A DNA stretch of 64,000 nt, taken from positions 97,032,001 through 97,096,000 of the forward strand of contig CM052817.1 of assembly GCA_028534125.1 (NCBI GenBank), read 5' to 3'. Of this stretch, positions 50,118 to 62,804 are shown piece after piece. The position numbers and the translations under genes were made by a program. The notes under the pieces were generated by a model, which ran no database searches, had not been told where the DNA came from, and saw nothing but the letters and a program-made list of their open reading frames with translations. This DNA is from Lama glama. Lineage: Eukaryota. How positions within the stretch are numbered: the first letter of the stretch is position 1; each line of letters starts with the position of its first letter.

Positions 50118-50759
50118 CCTACATGACTGTTATGTGTTTACGTGCTGTTTCCAAGCTGCTTTTGTACGAGGTTTATTTAAATTTCATTTTACTGAAGTAA
50201 AAACTGTGTTGTGTAGCATGAGTTCCCCCTCGCACCTTTCATGATGTCTTAGCAATTAACTTTCCTTCTCTCAGGTTATAAATTTGAACTTGATCAATTA
50301 GCTGATGGTAATTACCAGCACAGAGTGATTATTATTGCCGAAATAACATCCTCACTTCATTTCTCTACGTCTGTTGGGCACTTCTCACAGAGGCACGTTT
50401 GTTTGCAGAAGATGACTTGCTCTTTTGGCTCCTGGCATGGAGGCTAAACTATTTTAGGTTTCTTCAATAGAGGAGCATTGAAAAAAAATCCTCTGGTATT
50501 TCAGACTCTCTGGACATGGCCGTCTAGCCTGTAGGAGGAGGAAGGAGTGAGGTCTGGTCTCTTCTCCTGTAGCAGCTCACCCTGTTGACTTCTGTGTTTC
50601 TTGGTAGTTTCTCTTTCCCAACTCCTGGCAGGGCTGACCTGCATTTTCCTCCTCTTTTGGAGTCTGTGAGCGTTTCCAATCCTGAAAGTGCCTGGAGTCC
50701 CGTGGAGGCTGAGGGGCCAGCCTTTGCACGTGGGTTCTTTGTGCTCTGGAGATAAGGGC

Positions 50760-51028
50760 ATGTCTGTTTGCTGGGGCTGCCGTGCTCAAGTACCTCAGAC
50801 TGGAGGGCTTACACAGCAGAAGGTGATTTCCTCACAGCTCTCGGGGCTAGAGATCCGAGACGGGGTGTCGGCAGGGTTGGTTCCCTCCGAGGGTCCCGCT
50901 CCTTGGCTTGTAGACGGCCGCCTTCTCCTGGTGTTTTCACAAAACTTTCCCTCTGTGTCTGTATCCTCATCTCTTCTTGTGAAGATGCCAGTCTTATTGG
51001 ATTAGGGTCCACCCTCATGACCTCCATC
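50760..51028 (-). mobile_element. MaLR LTR (MLT1B/C/D-like)
   Basis: ctggggctgcc..ggcttacacagcagaa..ctcacagctc..ggcagggttggttcc..attggattagggtccaccctcatgacctc. Confidence 0.75.
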
Positions 51029-51885
51029 AAGATTCTCCTACAGTCGCTCCACCCATCCCTCCCTCCCTCTTCAAGCAAATCTAAGACAGGTTACTCTCAC
51101 CCCTTGCAGTATACGACAAAAAAAATAGGTGATTTCTAACATAACCCCGATGCCACTCAAAGTTTCCTGGTTGCCTCAAAAATGTCCTTTTATAATTGGT
51201 TTGTTCACATCAGAATCCAAATAAAATCATGTGCCCAACATATTAAGTTATACTTGACAATGCATTTTCTTACCTTTGTTTCTTTTCTGTTGGCCCCAGA
51301 GATGCTTTGTTTCCAGGGCCCTGTGGTGATTGGGTTCACTGTGACGTATAATTTTGCTGTGATGCTCATTTGGAGTTTCAGTGCTCCTCACTGGGCAGTG
51401 CATGTAACAGCTCTTAAAACACGTTTTGCCTTACTTTTGAGTGAATGATTTCCATGGTCTTCAAGAATCAGCCAAACGACGATTTCTTTCTGTGTACAAG
51501 TCAGCACTGTATTATTTTTAAAAGGCTAAAACTTTCCAAGAAAAATGTCAAGAATAAGTAAACACAAAAAACATGAGAGGTACAGTGCATCTTTACAAAT
51601 TACATTGGGATATGTTAGCATGGTTAGCCGACTGACTTCATTAGCACTGGCTCCTTACATTTTGTGCACATGGAGAATTGTTTTATGAGATTGTTTTCCA
51701 GCCATAACTCATGAATACCAAGCTGCTAAAACAAGTTGGTAAACACTTGCTTTTGTGGACCAGTTATTTTTATAGTCACAGGAAGGCTGCTAATGTGAGT
51801 TAGCAAAGTTTCTAAATGCGACTATTTGTTGACAGCTTTAAAAAATTTGGCTGGTATTTTGCTAACATGTCCTCTCCTCCAATAG

Positions 51886-51960
51886 GTATAAACGACCAAG
51901 GATTGTACAGAGTTGTGGGGGTGAGTTCAAAGGTCCAGAAGCTTCTGAGCTTGTTGATGG
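51886..51960 (+). CDS. ARHGAP10: ARHGAP10 coding exon, RhoGAP arginine finger (GINDQGLYRVVGVSSKVQKLLSLLM), 75 nt
   Basis: Branch-like gctaac at 51861-51866, acceptor ccaatag|GT, donor ATGG|gtatgc. GLYR motif with the Arg codon at 51909-51911. Confidence 0.95.
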
Positions 51961-54900
51961 GTATGCCTCTTTTCTAATCATTTCCCCTGCATTATGTGTT
52001 TGTGTTCGTTGACTTGACAACTTCATGTTTCACAGCCACATGCAGCACACTAGTGAATCCGTTCTTTCCTAGAGTCGTTTTCTCCTGAGCAGGGATGATG
52101 GACTCAGAGAAGTAGATTAGTATTTGCTCAGCACAGGTGACCCACTGCCTCTTTACTTACTGAGAAATAGAGGAAGAAAAGAACGCAGCTCGTGGGTGAA
52201 TGTCTTCCTGTGCTTGCTTCTCACAGGAAAGGAGCAGCCTTGCCTCTGTGATTTGTGTGGCTTCCAAATTGCCTGTCCGAAGCCTTGACAGTACATTTGG
52301 TTGGACAAGACCCCTGAGACGTGCTCATTTTTATGGTGCTTCCAGAGCGGTCACTCAGCAGCAAGGGTCTGATGCTCAGGGATTCATTGGTATTCACAGT
52401 GGCTTGTTTGTAGTTTGCACCAGGCTCTTCTCCAGAGCCATGCCTGCTCCATCTGTGCTGATAACACAGTGTTCTTTGGCATCGCAGACTAGAGGAAGCC
52501 AGAAAGTGAATTCATTTCATTACCCCAGACATTATGGGAATGACAAAGCGCTTTTACATTACACTCAGCTGTCGGCTCAGGGCCACCTGTAAGATGCCCC
52601 GTTTCTCCCCCCAGCCCAAAGCAGACTGCCTCTTGAGGGGTGATGATAACTCACTGGTGTGAAACTAATCTGTCCTTATGACCTTGCTAAGTTTAATTAA
52701 TTTGATGTCTCACTTTTAATTAATCAATATTAACAACCCCCAGGGGGTATTGTCAGTGCATCTAAACCTGTCTGCATCCTAAAGCATCGTGGCAAAGACT
52801 CATTTTCAGGAAGCATAAACCGAGGTGGATAAAATCAGCTGAGATGTTACAGACAACATTGCTTGTTTGGCTGTATTTGAATTCAGAATTTAATAAGCAG
52901 CACACATCCCCCTTTTTTTCCTTAGGCATTAACCACAGGAAAAATTGCTTATCATCCCTTAGAGAGAGCCTTATTATAATACATTTGCTTTTATGAGCTG
53001 TTTTCATTTTCTGCCTCTCTGGTTTAACTTGGGTGTGCAGTTTTGGCAGTCAGATTTTCCTCTTTACCAGGAGTGGTCTCCAAATTAAATAGACTCAGGT
53101 TGCCAGTGGTTCAGTAGCAGCTGGAAGAGTTTAATGGGGCTGTGGCATCTGCTTTTAGTTAATTTTAAAATTAGAAACACGTCTCTTTTCCAAGACAGTG
53201 TTATAATGATTAGAACTGGAAGACTGTTGGTATCAGAAGGGGAGATTTTGGCTGAAAGGCACACTTGGTGATAAGATTGGTCCTAAGGGTCCTAGCGTTA
53301 TTTTACTAGCTGCTTGTTCACGTTCAAGGCAAGTTCGAACAAGCAAGTGTCTCTTTGGTCACCCTGAGGTGTTCAGCTGTCTCAGAATTTGTTCTTAGTC
53401 TCGTAAAATCCTACGTGGTCACCAGCATCCCTAAGGTGGTAGTTTCCTCTGCTCATGGGAAATGTCCCAAGATGGTCCTTAACTTGCAAGGCGTTTAAAA
53501 TATCTAAACCCTCAAAACTTCAAAACTGTGTTTGCTTTCCCTAAGACTCAAGGTAGACAAGTCCAGGGCACAAGGGTGATACAACCTCATTTAAGCTGCT
53601 GATGGAGGAGATGCAATGTTTCCAGTAATACCATTCTGCAAACAGAGATTAGAGAATTGACTCAAGGAAAAGATAACTGACTTGTTATCTTCTTAAGTGA
53701 TTCATTTAAGAGGGCTGCAAAGCATACATTTGTTTTACTTCATTTATAAATAATTCCTAGGATGAAATTTAGCATTGTCCATCATAAACTGTGGACTTTT
53801 TTTTTTTTTAGCATTGATGTCATTTTCTTGTTATTTACATTACCAACTCAAACTTTGGATTTTAACAAAGTAGATTTGTTTACTATTTCCTAAGACATGT
53901 AAGTTTCCTTTCTTCCTAATTTAGCAAGTGTTCAAATGGAAATAATTTATTCCTCTTCCTAAAAAAATTTTTTTTTGAGTTTCTGAATTGTTGTATACAC
54001 ACTGCCCCATAGATACTGTTTCTCTCCAGCTTTTCCCAACCTCTCTACATTGCTTCAAGGTTATGTATGTTGGAGAGAAAAAAATTGGGTGAATCTGCCA
54101 GATTTTTAACTTTGTTTTTCATACCAGTCGGTATTTTCCCCTCCTGTAGAAAATTAAATCTGATAATTTTGCCCATTCATCGTACTAGGTGGTTAATTTA
54201 AAAAACATTTATTCCTCCAGGTAACGTTTATCTCAAACTTGAATTTTTTCAAAATCCATTATGTTTGTAATCCATTTTTCTTTGTAGATATGAAAAATAA
54301 TCTAACCTTTTAAGTATCTGAGAAAAAGTTCCAGGTCATTTTGTATTTTTTGACAAGAAAGTCTATTTACTTTGCGTAGTTCTCTTTAGTTCTTAAGACC
54401 TAATTATTGACTTTACTGTTATTTTTCTGTTATTTTCATTTTACATAAAATGTTTTTGTATTGAAATATTTTCAGCATTCTTAAATACTCATGCATAAAA
54501 GTTTGTGATTATTTCTAAAGGAAAGATGCATGCTTAATATCTTGCATGTCTTCTTCACTTGCCTCTTTTTTTGATTGTGTTTTTACCCTTCATGTTTAAA
54601 ATTAAAGTAGAGAAAAATGTTTCTCTCCATTCTTCCTCTTCCCCCTTCCCCTTCCATCTCCCCTGCCCCCTCTCTCCTCTCCGCCATGCATGAAATACTA
54701 ATGGCAACTGACTGTAGACATTCCTCCAAAGAGGCACATCATTTGTACTCTTCCAGGTCAGGTAAAGGAGTGGGCAGCTGCCTTCCTCCCTGGGCGATGA
54801 GAATTGTTTGCCATCTCAGTCATCTTCCATCCTGGGGACAGAAGGTAGCCATCTGCTGGATTTTCCAGCAGCTTCCTAGCTTTCCCCTGGACCACACTTC

Positions 54901-57900
54901 TTAAGGTTCCATAATAATGTGTCCCAGTGGGCAGTTGCCTTCCTTCCCTTTACAGGTGTTTTTCCTTTTCTTCTTCTTCTTCTTTTTTTTTTTTTTTTTT
55001 TGTCTAACAGCAGACACATAGTCTGGTAAAAGTTTTTGTGTTTTTTGTGCTTTTTTTTTTTTAATGGAAACTTGCATTTGGGGAAGGCAGGGAGAAATAT
55101 CAGCTGAGGTGTCTTTGGGTGAGTCACCGTTTTTTAGTAAGTGGAGTGAGAATGTAACAGATGAATTACAATAGCTATCGGTAGGTTACAACTAAAACGA
55201 GTTACAATTGTCCAGTATTCTTCCTTCTTCTCCACTTTGCAATGAAGAAGTCAAAGCAGGGAGGCGAAGTTCTGAAAAAATGCTGTGGTAGCTTGTGTGT
55301 GCTGGTGAATTTACTGTTTATTTCTGAATTTAATGTACAAAAACAGCTGGATGATTTTGCTTAAGACACAACCATAGCCAGAAATAAGACTAATTTAGAA
55401 GGATTTTACTTGAGAAATATCACCTTGCTTGTTTGTTTGTAGGACAACTTTTTCACATAGATTCGGTGACAAAGTAAACTAATGTAGGTGAAAAAAAATT
55501 CGGATTTTGGATTGACAAAGAATATTCTCAAAACTCAGTCAGTCACTGTGCTGCTTCAGGTACTTTCAAGTGGAACCCAAGTCAGTGTCCGGTAGGGAGC
55601 CAGAGCTTAGGGCTGGGCTGGAAGTTTCCAGTTTCAAAAAAATGACCACTGGTTTATAAGATTAGGAAACATTCACCCAAATAAAAAAGTCACCTATTTG
55701 TATCTGTGCTTATTAGTGTAGGTTTCAGACTAATCCATGAGGTGGTGTTCCTTGGCCAGAAAGGAGACAGAATTTCTACCTTATTTATGGTAGAACATAT
55801 ATTCTGATAGAACACTCCTAAGTGCATTTTTAGGTTTGAATCCCAAGTAAGGTATTAACAAATTTATCTAGTCCCAGGGCATCTTGTAAAGAGCTGCGAG
55901 GGGTGATTGAGTGATTTGAAAACAGTGAAACTTTAACAGCGGATCGGTACCACAGACACTGTGTAGTCTTTGGCTTCTGGTGTGACCGCTACTTTTTATT
56001 CCATGAATTCAAAGGATGGCTTGTTTTTCCATATGGTTCTCAAAATATAGAATGATCCTTTGGTCAGAAGCAGAAAATAAAAGATTGCTTTTAGAAGCCT
56101 CCTGGATTTTAAAATGGTAATTTGCTGGTAGCCAGTTGATTGAATATGTTATCTGACTTGTATGAGATTTAAATAATTGATTTAATGAGAGAGAGAATAT
56201 TCAGTTACTGCAGTAACTGGTTGGCAAAGCCTCCAGAACAGAATTATTTAGTCCTAGTTATAAAGGATTGCACCTTTAATCAGGGCACTTAATTTGATTT
56301 CTTGAATGTATCTGCAGCTTGTCTGACAAGCTCAGTAACAAATGAGCTCAGAATTGTAGGAACTGATCAAAATGTAATCAGTGTCAATTGCCATTGTTGT
56401 GGTTTATTGCATATTGCTGTCAGTTGCTGTAATCAAGAACTGTTGAAGTGCTTTAAAAAGTCTCCAGACTTTTGAGTAATTGACTCCATATGTATGATGT
56501 TCTGGCCATGAAATAACCATCACTTCCTGTTTCACTTTCCTTTCAAAAAGTTGGGAAATAACATTGCATTGTCACCCATCCTTCCTCGTGCTTAAGCCTA
56601 AAACTTTTTGAGTGGCATACATGACTTAATGTGGTGGTCCCATTTGGACAGGATTTTCTTTTTAGAGCTTTAATTTGAAAAGGGAGTACTAACAAGATGT
56701 TTCCTTCCGAATATAGACAAATACAGTGTAAAAAACCCTGAAACGACTTTAAAAAAAATTTTTTTTTTGAATCTTATTTGAAACATCATTCTGGAGTGAG
56801 GGAGAAATAAGTCTTTTCCACAAATCTCTTATTTTCCCCTTTATGTGACCACAGTGTAGAAACCCAGGCAAGTTTCTACTGATTGGTGGATGTTACTCAC
56901 CACGACCCATTCACTGCTCCCTCCCGTTGAGTGGGTAGCACCACTGAATGCTTAGATGTTTGGTAACTCAGCTGTGCTGATTACCTACTCATTTAATAGT
57001 TTATGGAAATCTGTATACATTGCTGATTGGCTTTGATGCTGTCAGTAGTTCCCTAAGAGCATGAAGAGCTGCAGTTCAGATAGGTTTGGAATTGACTTGC
57101 GTGGGGGTGGCGGGGCTGGTCAGGGTTGTGGTGGGATTTAAGCCCAGGTTTATGAACCTTTGCTGCACTCCCCTCTCTGCTGCCCTGTCACAGCCCGGGA
57201 CAGTGGTCCAGCCTCAAGGCTCAGAGATGCCAGCATACTCAGAATGCTTACTCTCCCCACCATCCTTTCCTTCTGTTTCAACCGGGACTGACTTTTTCCT
57301 TTTCAAAGTTAACTGCCCCCTCCTCCTCCTCCTCCTCTTCCTCCTTTTCTTTTTTGAGTGCATGTTTTACATCTTCTTTAGAGCAGACTACGTATTTGAA
57401 AAGGCATTTAGAAGAAATGCGTCATTAATATACTTTCAGGACCAAAAAATCTAGTGTAATTTAGGATGAATGTCACAAGTGCTACGTAGAGGCTTCCAAT
57501 AAATATTTCCTGGATGAGTGTATAAACTAATGTTAGTGTGAAAGATTACCCATAAAAGACTTTTTAAATTGATCTGTCATCACGTGTCTACTTTGGTTGC
57601 TCATGTATTAATCATTAGAAAGATAATGATTACAAATCTTAGATGTGTGCGACCAAACTTACCATTGTCTTCCCCACCGACTTGTTGCTATTCTAATAGT
57701 AATGTTGCCATTAAGGGTGCTACCTGTTCCCCCTGTCATAACACGATGTGATAGCAGTAATGGCACTGGAAACAAGTTAAAATATATCGATGCTGCAAAT
57801 GCCATATAAGTCACGGCTACGTGAGCCGTGGCTGCTAGTAGTCATAGCCGTACCTGCTTTGTAGTTGTGCATATTGGAATGCTGTGTCCATTTCTCCCCA

Positions 57901-58150
57901 ACTCCCTGCCGACCCTTCTCCTTTTACTTTGATCTCCACTACCGATTTTCTGAAGTGTGAGGAATGTCTTATAATGGAACCTGGGTTATAATATTATAAG
58001 AAGTTGTGTGTAATGCCTTTTATAGGAAACCAGAGAATTCATTATTTGTGGTTTGGCTATTTAAATATGGAAGCTTTGTCAGCCAGTCAAGAAGGCCTTT
58101 GAATGTTTCAAGATTTTAATTGTTTTTTTTCCTTCTTGCTTGCTCGCTAG

Positions 58151-58238
58151 ATGTGAAGACCTGCAATGAGGTGGACCTGGAGAATTCCGTAGATTGGGAA
58201 GTGAAGACAATCACCAGTGCCCTGAAGCAGTATTTGAG
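58151..58238 (+). CDS. ARHGAP10: ARHGAP10 coding exon, RhoGAP (DVKTCNEVDLENSVDWEVKTITSALKQYL), 88 nt; gene continues beyond the window
   Basis: Acceptor ctcgctag|AT, donor TGAG|gtgagc. WEVKTITSALKQYL is the GRAF-family RhoGAP motif. Confidence 0.95.
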
Positions 58239-59490
58239 GTGAGCTCCTCTCAGTGGCAGAGGGAGGAGTGGGCTGTTTGCCTGTCTGACACACAAGCAGT
58301 GCCGGCTCTGCACATACAGCTCGGAAGTTTATGAGAAAGGAGAATGTTGATGAGGTATCTACTGATGTTCCAGCAAGCATACATAGTCATTGAACATCCG
58401 TTGGTCAATAAATTGCAACAGAACAGAACTGGAATAGACTTGGGTTGTGAAATAGAGTCTATGGGGGAATGTGAGTTTTCGGAATTAAATACTCTGAGAT
58501 GGTGAGGAAGGAAGGCTGTTTTAGGCTAAAATAGAGGTGTTTTAGTTTAAATTTAAACTATTTGAACTTAAAGGCTTATAATGATGACACACAGACACAA
58601 AGCTGTTTGAAAACAAGTGTCCTGGATGAGGTTTTTTTTTTTTTTTTTTGGAAGATAAACTTTAAAGTTTTACATTTGCTATAGAAGATGTCTAGGACGA
58701 GAATTAGAAAAGGCTCGGCATTTCTCTTTAAAAAAGAAAGGAATTTAATGATGACATAGCTTGAGTTTAGATGAGAAACAGATACACAGAATAAAGGGAT
58801 GGGAAACAGTCACGATTGTGGTCCTTATGCTGTGGTTCTGTCGGGGACAGTGATTTTTGTCTGGCAAACAAATGGCAGGGCCCACCCCTCCACCCCCCAG
58901 CATCATTTCTTTTTAACCAACACGCAGGGTTGTTTTTCTGGTAAATATTATTTCGGTTCCAACAAACACATTAGAATCAACTTCTATTACATATTTTATA
59001 TTTAAAAACATATTTAAAAATTTTTCAAATATATGTAAACAGAGAGAGGAGTATAATGAATCCTCATGGCCCATTATTTTCCTTCTTCAGTTTTCCACTT
59101 TTGACCCTTGTTCCATGGGTCTCCTTCCTGCCACTTTTTTGGGATAAGACTTTAAAGATTTTCTGAAACATCATATTGCTGCATTCATAAATTCTTGAAT
59201 GTATATCTCAAAAAAAAATGAGGGCTTAAAAAAAAAGGATGCTATCATAAAGACAAAAAGAATGTAATTACCTTACCTAACAAAATTCATGTGATCCAGG
59301 ACTCCTCCTGTGTTCTATTTTTATTGTTTTTTTCAAAATAGTTATTTTATACTTATTTTAAATCCTGTAGGACTTCAACAGTGTGGACACATTTGGTTGA
59401 TAGGTTTTAAGTCGTTTTTAATCCGTATGACCCCCTGCCTCTACCCACAGTCCTCATGCCCCTGGCACTTAGTTTGATGAACCTGAGTCA

Positions 59491-59641
59491 TTTTTTAATT
59501 TTTAGATTTTTTTCAGGGGGAGGTTTGGAGGTAATTAGGTTTTTTTCTTTAATTATTTTTTAAATGGAGGTACTGGGGATTGAACCCAGGGCCTCATGTA
59601 TGCTAAGCATGTGCTTTACCACTTGAACTGTACCCTCCCCC
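59491..59641 (-). mobile_element. Camelid-type SINE (Vic-1-like), inside an old L1 fragment (about 58990-59900)
   Basis: ggaggtactggggattgaacccagg..taccctcccc. TSD aacctgagtcatttt / aacctcggtcatttt. Confidence 0.88.
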
Positions 59642-59950
59642 AACCTCGGTCATTTTTTTAAAACAGAATTTTCTGCATTATAGAAATGGCTGATGGTATT
59701 CTCGTGGTGTTGCTGACTGGTGTCTCTGTTACCTATCTTGTTTCCTTCAATGAAAAGTTAAATCTGTAGGCGTCATTAGATTCAGTTTAGATGTTTATTC
59801 ATTGCAAAAATACATCCTAGCCGTGCTTTATACATCTTGTTGTGATATTACATCAAGAGTCCTGTGTTGTCTGGTTGTCCCACTTTTTAATGAAATTCTA
59901 ATTTATTGATGACTTCAGCTGTGTATTACCTATTTTCCAGTATTTTATTT

Positions 59951-60152
59951 AAACATGATGTTTTGAGCCACTGTATCCAGAGGTTGGTCTCACATTTGCT
60001 GCTTCAGCCAACGGCAGATGATGTAGAATGTTTAGGATCCACATTTGGTTGAATCTGTGGATACAGAGGGCTGACGATAGAACTTGAGCATCCACAGATT
60101 TTGGTTATCAGGTCCTAGAACCAATCCCCTACCTATACTGTGGGATGACAGT
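59951..60152 (+). mobile_element. MER2-like (TcMar-Tigger) remnant
   Basis: ttggttgaatctgtggatacagagggc..acttgagcatccacagattttggt..cctagaaccaatcccc. Confidence 0.65.
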
Positions 60153-60383
60153 ACATTATCATTATCCCTGTTCTATAAAGGGGTAAAATTAAGGCTAAGG
60201 CCACGTGCTCATGTCTGTCTTGCCTCTGGTGGTGATGAACTGGTTTAGATGAGGATTTTGGTAATAATCTGTTAGCTCCCACCCTGGGATTGGAATGTAA
60301 GCTTCCTGAAGATTGACAGTTTACGTGGTTTGTTCATTGCGGTATCCCCAGCACCTAGAACTGCCCCTGTCACTCAAATACGA

Positions 60384-60607
60384 GAGTGGTTCTGAACTGG
60401 GGAAAATTTTGGGCCCCCCACCCCAAATAGGGGCTATTTGGCAATATCTGGAGACAGTTTTGGTTTGCAGGATTGCTGAAGAGGGGATACTGCTGGCATC
60501 CAATGGGTGGAGGCCAGGATGGGCTGCTGACCATCCCACAATGCACCAGACGGCCCTCTATTGTCTCCAAATGTCCAAAGTATTAGTAGTGCCAAGATTA
60601 AGACCTG
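60384..60607 (+). mobile_element. MER20 DNA transposon remnant
   Basis: gtggttctgaactgggg..tttggcaatatctggagacagttttgg..ctggcatccaatgggtggaggccaggat. Confidence 0.75.
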
Positions 60608-62447
60608 TACTAGATGGATGAAGGAAAGAATGGGTGAATTGCACATGTTAACTTGACCAACAAAGCATGCTGCCTCTCTGGAAGGTAGCTTTAAACCCAA
60701 TTTACTGTTTGGTAAACATGCCTGGTTCAGTTAAACGGATTGACCAAGATGATTTGGTTATTGGTGGGAAATGAAGGGCAAAAATCCAGTTCTTTTGTAG
60801 TAAATTGCATTTCCCCTCCTCCTGCTTCCCATGGTTCTTTTCTCCCCTGTTGGGGGAATTAGTTTAATAGACTAGAGAGTCTTTTTATTCAATACACACA
60901 ATTCTTGGTTCTTGACACTCTCTGAAGTTAGCTCCTTATTGCCCCTGGTCTTGTGTTGTTTTTTTTCCGTCTTTTTCTCTCTTGAAGTCCACTTTTAAGC
61001 AGACAGTGCCTACAGAAGCACATGATGAGATGCTGTTCTTATGTAACTTCTCTCCTGACAGTATACACATCCTGCCTGAATGTGATAAAGTGATTATCAT
61101 AAAACGGCAGGTGCTTCGGGAGACGGGAAAGTTAGGTTGCTGTTTGTTTCCCCTATGTTATTTTTTATCCAGCGAAAATGCAGTAGTTAGGAAGTAACTG
61201 ATGCACTTTTTCTGGGGCATGCACCAAATAGGAGGAAGTTGGGTTTTTATGTACCTTCATGGTGGCTACCTGGTCATGGCCGAGCAAACGTCTTTCTTTG
61301 AGCGTGAGAGGTAACAGAGTGTGATGGCCCCGAGGACGTGCCCCGGCGCCAGCCTGCCTGCCTTGGATTCCCAGCTCTGTCACTTCCAGCACCACAGCCC
61401 GAAGCTGACTGTAGCTTTCCTCAGCAGAGAAGCTATTGTCCTTGACTTCTTTTCTCTGCGAATCCTGGATGGGAGGTTGGAGGTGGAAGACGAGAAAGGG
61501 GGCCCCACCCCAACCAAACACTAAACTAAAACAAGAAGCAAAAACCTCGGGGGGTGGGAGATGGGAAAAGACGTGCAGTGGATGTATGTGTGGCATCTCT
61601 CTTTTTCTTCTACTGATTTGAGACTTTTTTTTTTTTAACTAGTTCTGCTTTAGACGGCTGACTACCAGACCTATGGTTGATTTCCTAGCTATTCAGACCA
61701 TAATTTTATTTTCCAGTAATGTGTTCATTTCAACGTTTTGCCATTGTGAGGGGACAAATGAGCTATTTTGTGAGGTTTGTAGTGAAATGATTTTACCTGG
61801 AAGAAATGTTTAAAGACTGGAAATAGAAATGGGACTTCTGGGGGAAGAAAATACTGACTTAGTAAATATTACACTTTATACCCCCAGACAGATCCTGACT
61901 AGTGGTCCAGAGAGGCAGCTCATGTTGGGTGGGAAGTTGACAGATATGGTGACTCAATATAATAAATTTTATTCTGGGAACTCATCATTTTTATTATTGC
62001 TTCCCTAGTATTTAAAGTACTGAATACTTATTTTTTCATGCTGCAGTGCCTGGATGGACAATACAGCAATGGTATAAGTAGCATGTTGAAGACACTTAGA
62101 TACAAATTTATTTTTATTGGAAAAGAAAATTCTCTCTGTGGGGTTTCTGGGTGTTCTCATCCCCCCCGTCCCTCCCCTTTCTTTTCAGAACTTGAACTTT
62201 CGTTCTCTGACAGGTTAGCATTTTCATCTTCATTGCTCCTTCCTGCTTGTCCATATTTTGAAACAAAACCAGAGGCTTGCTTCTGATTGCCCCTTCTTTT
62301 TCTTTATTTAGGCTGTGGTGAAATTCATTTTATTTTGCTTTAAATGAGACTATAGGGGATGAAGAGGGGAGAGAGAGGAAGTAAGAGAACAGTTTGTCTT
62401 GACTAGTGCTTTAAGTTTCAGTTTCAGTGCCTACAGTTGTTATTTTC

Positions 62448-62466
62448 TGTGTGTGTGTGTGTGTGT
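62448..62466 (+). repeat. (TG)n microsatellite
   Basis: Seen directly. A similar run lies at about 16409-16426. Confidence 0.85.
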
Positions 62467-62504
62467 CCTGCAGCATCATAGATTGTATGTAAGATAAAAT
62501 GACA

Positions 62505-62770
62505 GCCACTAGGGAATGGTGGAGGAATAAGATTGATGGTGTTTAAGGGTACAAACGTGTAATGAGTAGTAAATAGACCACAGAGATCGAATGCATAGCA
62601 TAATGAATGTAGACAATAGTAGTGTACTATAATTATATATATACATTCGTGATGAATATTGCTACATCTGTGGTCATATCTGTCACAATATATAAATGTA
62701 TTAAAGTAACAGGCTGTACACCTTCAACTTACACAATGTTCCAAGTGAAATTTATTCAATTAAAAAACTA
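62505..62770 (+). mobile_element. L1MA-like 3' end
   Basis: aagggtacaaac..gagatcgaatgcatagcat..gctgtacaccttcaacttacacaatgtt..attcaattaaaaaa. Confidence 0.7.
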
Positions 62771-62804
62771 TATGTGGGGACTGTAGATATATTTTTGCAA
62801 CTGT

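Noticed and set aside
57812..57830. Hairpin CACGGCT-acgtg-AGCCGTG as an ncRNA
   Set aside because: A 7-bp stem is too short for a miRNA or snoRNA call and is expected by chance.
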